A stretch of DNA of 64,000 bases from Lytechinus pictus. Taxonomy: Eukaryota. Both the position numbers and the translations under genes were made by a program. The stretch lies in the NCBI RefSeq assembly GCF_037042905.1, contig NC_087251.1, positions 38,876,001 to 38,940,000 on the forward strand, given 5' to 3'. Below the pieces are notes generated by a model that saw only the letters and a program-made list of their open reading frames with translations, was not told the origin of the DNA and did not search any database. Within the stretch, counting starts at the first letter, position 1, and each line of letters begins with the position of its first letter. Shown piece by piece: positions 61,191 to 64,000 of the stretch.

Positions 61191-64000
61191 TGCCAATTTT
61201 GCCCAATTTTTCATGTCGCGGGTGGGGCGAGGGGGTCGAAAATTCAAACTCCCTGGATCCTCTTGATTCTCGCTGTAATAATCGGTTAGGATGCTAAAAC
61301 ATCCCAGGGAGCAAAGACGGCTGATTTGGGGGGGTTTCGGGGGAAATATTGAACAAATATTATTTTGCTCAATTTTGGCCAATTTTGCCGAATTTTCCAC
61401 GTCGCGGGTGGGGCAATGGGGTCGAAAATTCAAACTCCCTGGATCCTCTTGATTCTCGCTGTAATAATCGGTTAGGATGCTAAAACATCCCAGGGAGCAA
61501 AGACGGCTGATTTGGGGGGGTTTCGGGGGAAATATTGAACAAATATTATTTTGCTCAATTTTGGCCAATTTTGTCAAATTTTCCATGTCGCGGGTGGGGC
61601 GAGGGGGTCGAAAATTCAAACTCCCTGGATCCTCTTGATTCTCGCTGTAATAATCGGTTAGGATGCTAAAACATCCCAGGGAGCAAAGACGGCTGATTTG
61701 GGGGGGTTTCGGGGGAAATATTGAACAAATATTATTTTGCTCAATTTTTACCAATTTTGCCCAATTTTCCATGTCGCGGTTGGGGCGAGGGGGTCGAAAA
61801 TTCAAAGTCCCTGGATCTTCTTGATTCTCGCTGTAATAATCGGTTAGGATTCTAAAACATTCCAGGGAGCGAAGACAGCTGATTTGGGGGGGTTTCGGGG
61901 GAAATATTGAACAAATATTATTTTGCTCAATTTTGGCCAATTTTGCCGAATTTTCCACGTCGCGGGTGGGGCAATGGGGTCGAAAATTCAAACTCCCTGG
62001 ATCCTCTTGATTCTCGCTGTAATAATCGGTTAGGATGCTAAAACATCCTAAGGAGCAAAGACGGCTGATTTGGGGGGGTTTCAGGGGAAATATTGAACAA
62101 ATATTATTTTGCTCAATTTTGGCAAATTTTCCCAATTTTCCATGTCGCGGGTGGGGCGAGGGGGTCGAAAATTAAAACTCCCTGGAACCTCTTGATTCTC
62201 GCTGTAATAATCGATTAGGATGCTAAAACATCCCAGGGAGCAAAGACGGCTGATTTGGGGGGATTTCGGGGGAAATATTGAACAAATATTATTTTGCTCA
62301 ATTTTGGCCAATTTTGCCCAATTTTCCATGTCGCGGGTGGGGCGAGGGGGTCGAAAATTCAAACTCCCTGGATCCTCTTGATTCTTGCTGTAATAATCGG
62401 TTAGGATGCTAAAACATCCCAGGGAGCGAAGACGGCTGATTTAGGGGGGTTTCGGGGGAAATATTGAACAAATATTATTTTGCTCAATTTTGGCCAATTT
62501 TGCCCAATTTTCCATGTCGCGGGTGGGGCGAGGGGGTCGAAAATTCAAACTCCCTGGATCCTCTTGATTCTCGCTGTAATAATCGGTTAGGATGCTAAAA
62601 CATCCCAGGGAGCAAAGACGGCTGATTTGGGGGGGTTTCGGGGGAAATATTGAACAAATATTATTTTGCTCAATTTTGGCCAATTTTGTCAAATTTTCCA
62701 TGTCGCGGGTGGGGCGAGGGGGTCGAAAATTCAAACTCCCTGGATCCTCTTGATTCTCGCTGTAATAATCGGTTAGGATGCTAAAACATCCCAGGGAGCA
62801 AAGACGGCTGATTTGGGGGGGTTTCGGGGGAAATATTGAACAAATATTATTTTGCTCAATTTTGGCCAATTTTGTCAAATTTTCCATGTCGCGGGTGGGG
62901 CGAGGGGGTCGAAAATTCAAACTCCCTGGATCCTCTTGATTCTCGCTGTAATAATCGGTTAGGATGCTAAAACATCCCAGGGAGCAAAGACGGCTGATTT
63001 GGGGGGGTTTCGGGGGAAATATTGAACAAATATTATTTTGCTCAATTTTGCCAAATTTTCCATGTCGCGGTTGGGGCGAGGGGGTCGAAAATTCAAAGTC
63101 CCTGGATCTTCTTGATTCTCGCTGTAATAATCGGTTAGGATGCTAAAACATTCCAGGGAGCGAAGACAGCTGATTTGGGGGGGTTTCGGGGGAAATATTG
63201 AACAAATATTATTTTGCTCAATTTTGGCCAATTTTGCCGAATTTTCCATGTCGCGGGTGGGGCAATGGGGTCGAAAATTCAAACTCCCTGGATCCTCTTG
63301 ATTCTCGCTGTAATAATCGGTTAGGATGCTAAAACATCCTAAGGAGCGAAGACGGCTGATTTTGGGGGGGTTTCAGGGGAAATATTGAACAAATATTATT
63401 TTGCTCAATTTTGGCAAATTTTCCCAATTTTCCATGTCGCGGGTGGGGCGAGGGGGTCGAAAATTAAAACTCCCTGGATCCTCTTGATTCTCGCTGTAAT
63501 AATCGATTAGGATGCTAAAACATCCCAGGGAGCGAAGACGGCTGATTTGGGGGGGTTTCGGGGGAAATATTGAACAAATATTATTTTGCTCAATTTTGGC
63601 CAATTTTGCCCAATTTTCCATGTCGCGGGTGGGGCGAGGGGGTCATAATTCAAACTCCCTGGATCCTCTTGATTCTTGCTGTAATAATCGGTTAGGATGC
63701 TAAAACATCCCAGGGAGCGAAGACTGCTGAGTTAGGGGGGTTTCGGGGGAAATATTGAACAAATATTATTTTGGTCAATTTTTGCCAATTTTGCCCAATT
63801 TTTCATGTCGCGGGTGGGGCGAGGGGGTCGAAAATTCAAACTCCCTGGATCCTCTTGATTCTCGCTGTAATAATCGGTTAGGATGCTAAAACATCCCAGG
63901 GAGCAAAGACGGCTGATTTGGGGGGGTTTCGGGGGAAATATTGAACAAATATTATTTTGCTCAATTTTGGCCAATTTTGTCAAATTTTCCATGTCGCGGG

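Larger units (their letters stand above)
1..64000. repeat. Tandem satellite DNA array, 186-bp monomer, about 345 head-to-tail copies, running off both window edges
   Basis: GGATCC or its variants recur at 54, 239, 415, 601, 787, 972 and onward (spacings 185, 176, 186, 186, 185) through to the window end. Monomers differ from the consensus by only a few substitutions or small indels. I found no non-repeat sequence. Confidence 0.99.

Noticed and set aside
136..63992. Hundreds of ORFs on both strands as protein-coding genes
   Set aside because: All are translations of the same 186-bp unit, broken at arbitrary points by frameshifts and stops. I recognise no domain or gene structure.
1..64000. 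CRISPR array or other repeat-spacer system
   Set aside because: There are no unique spacers. The whole unit repeats, and no cas or other genes are present.
1..64000. Transposon insertion, inversion or hidden unique island
   Set aside because: Reading through, every line stays in the monomer register and orientation, and the ORF track contains no non-repeat peptide.
1..64000. Assignment to a named satellite family or species
   Set aside because: I do not recognise the sequence with confidence, and monomer length alone is not diagnostic.

Overview
The whole 64 kb window is one uninterrupted head-to-tail tandem satellite array with a 186-bp consensus monomer (about 345 copies, about 47% GC by hand count). 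All copies are in one orientation. Consensus from the BamHI site: GGATCCTCTTGATTCTCGCTGTAATAATCGGTTAGGATGCTAAAACATCCCAGGGAGC(G/A)AAGACGGCTGATTTGGGGGGGTTTCGGGGGAAATATTGAACAAATATTATTTTGCTCAATTTTGGCCAATTTTGCCCAATTTTCCATGTCGCGGGTGGGGCGAGGGGGTCGAAAATTCAAACTCCCT. I see no unique sequence, gene, RNA gene, transposon, inversion or CRISPR spacer. Every entry in the ORF track is a translation of the repeat: 186 bp is 62 codons and one minus-strand frame has no stop. The monomer size, phased AATTTT tracts, dyad symmetries and CpG-decay variants fit a methylated eukaryotic (peri)centromeric or heterochromatic satellite, but I cannot name the family or organism. The informative signal is internal: an irregular mosaic of higher-order duplications, length variants in 10-bp steps, and monomer alleles that favour one of two competing hairpins. 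No new biological system is demonstrated by the sequence alone. Block boundaries were read by eye and from ORF-track offsets and are approximate to about one monomer.
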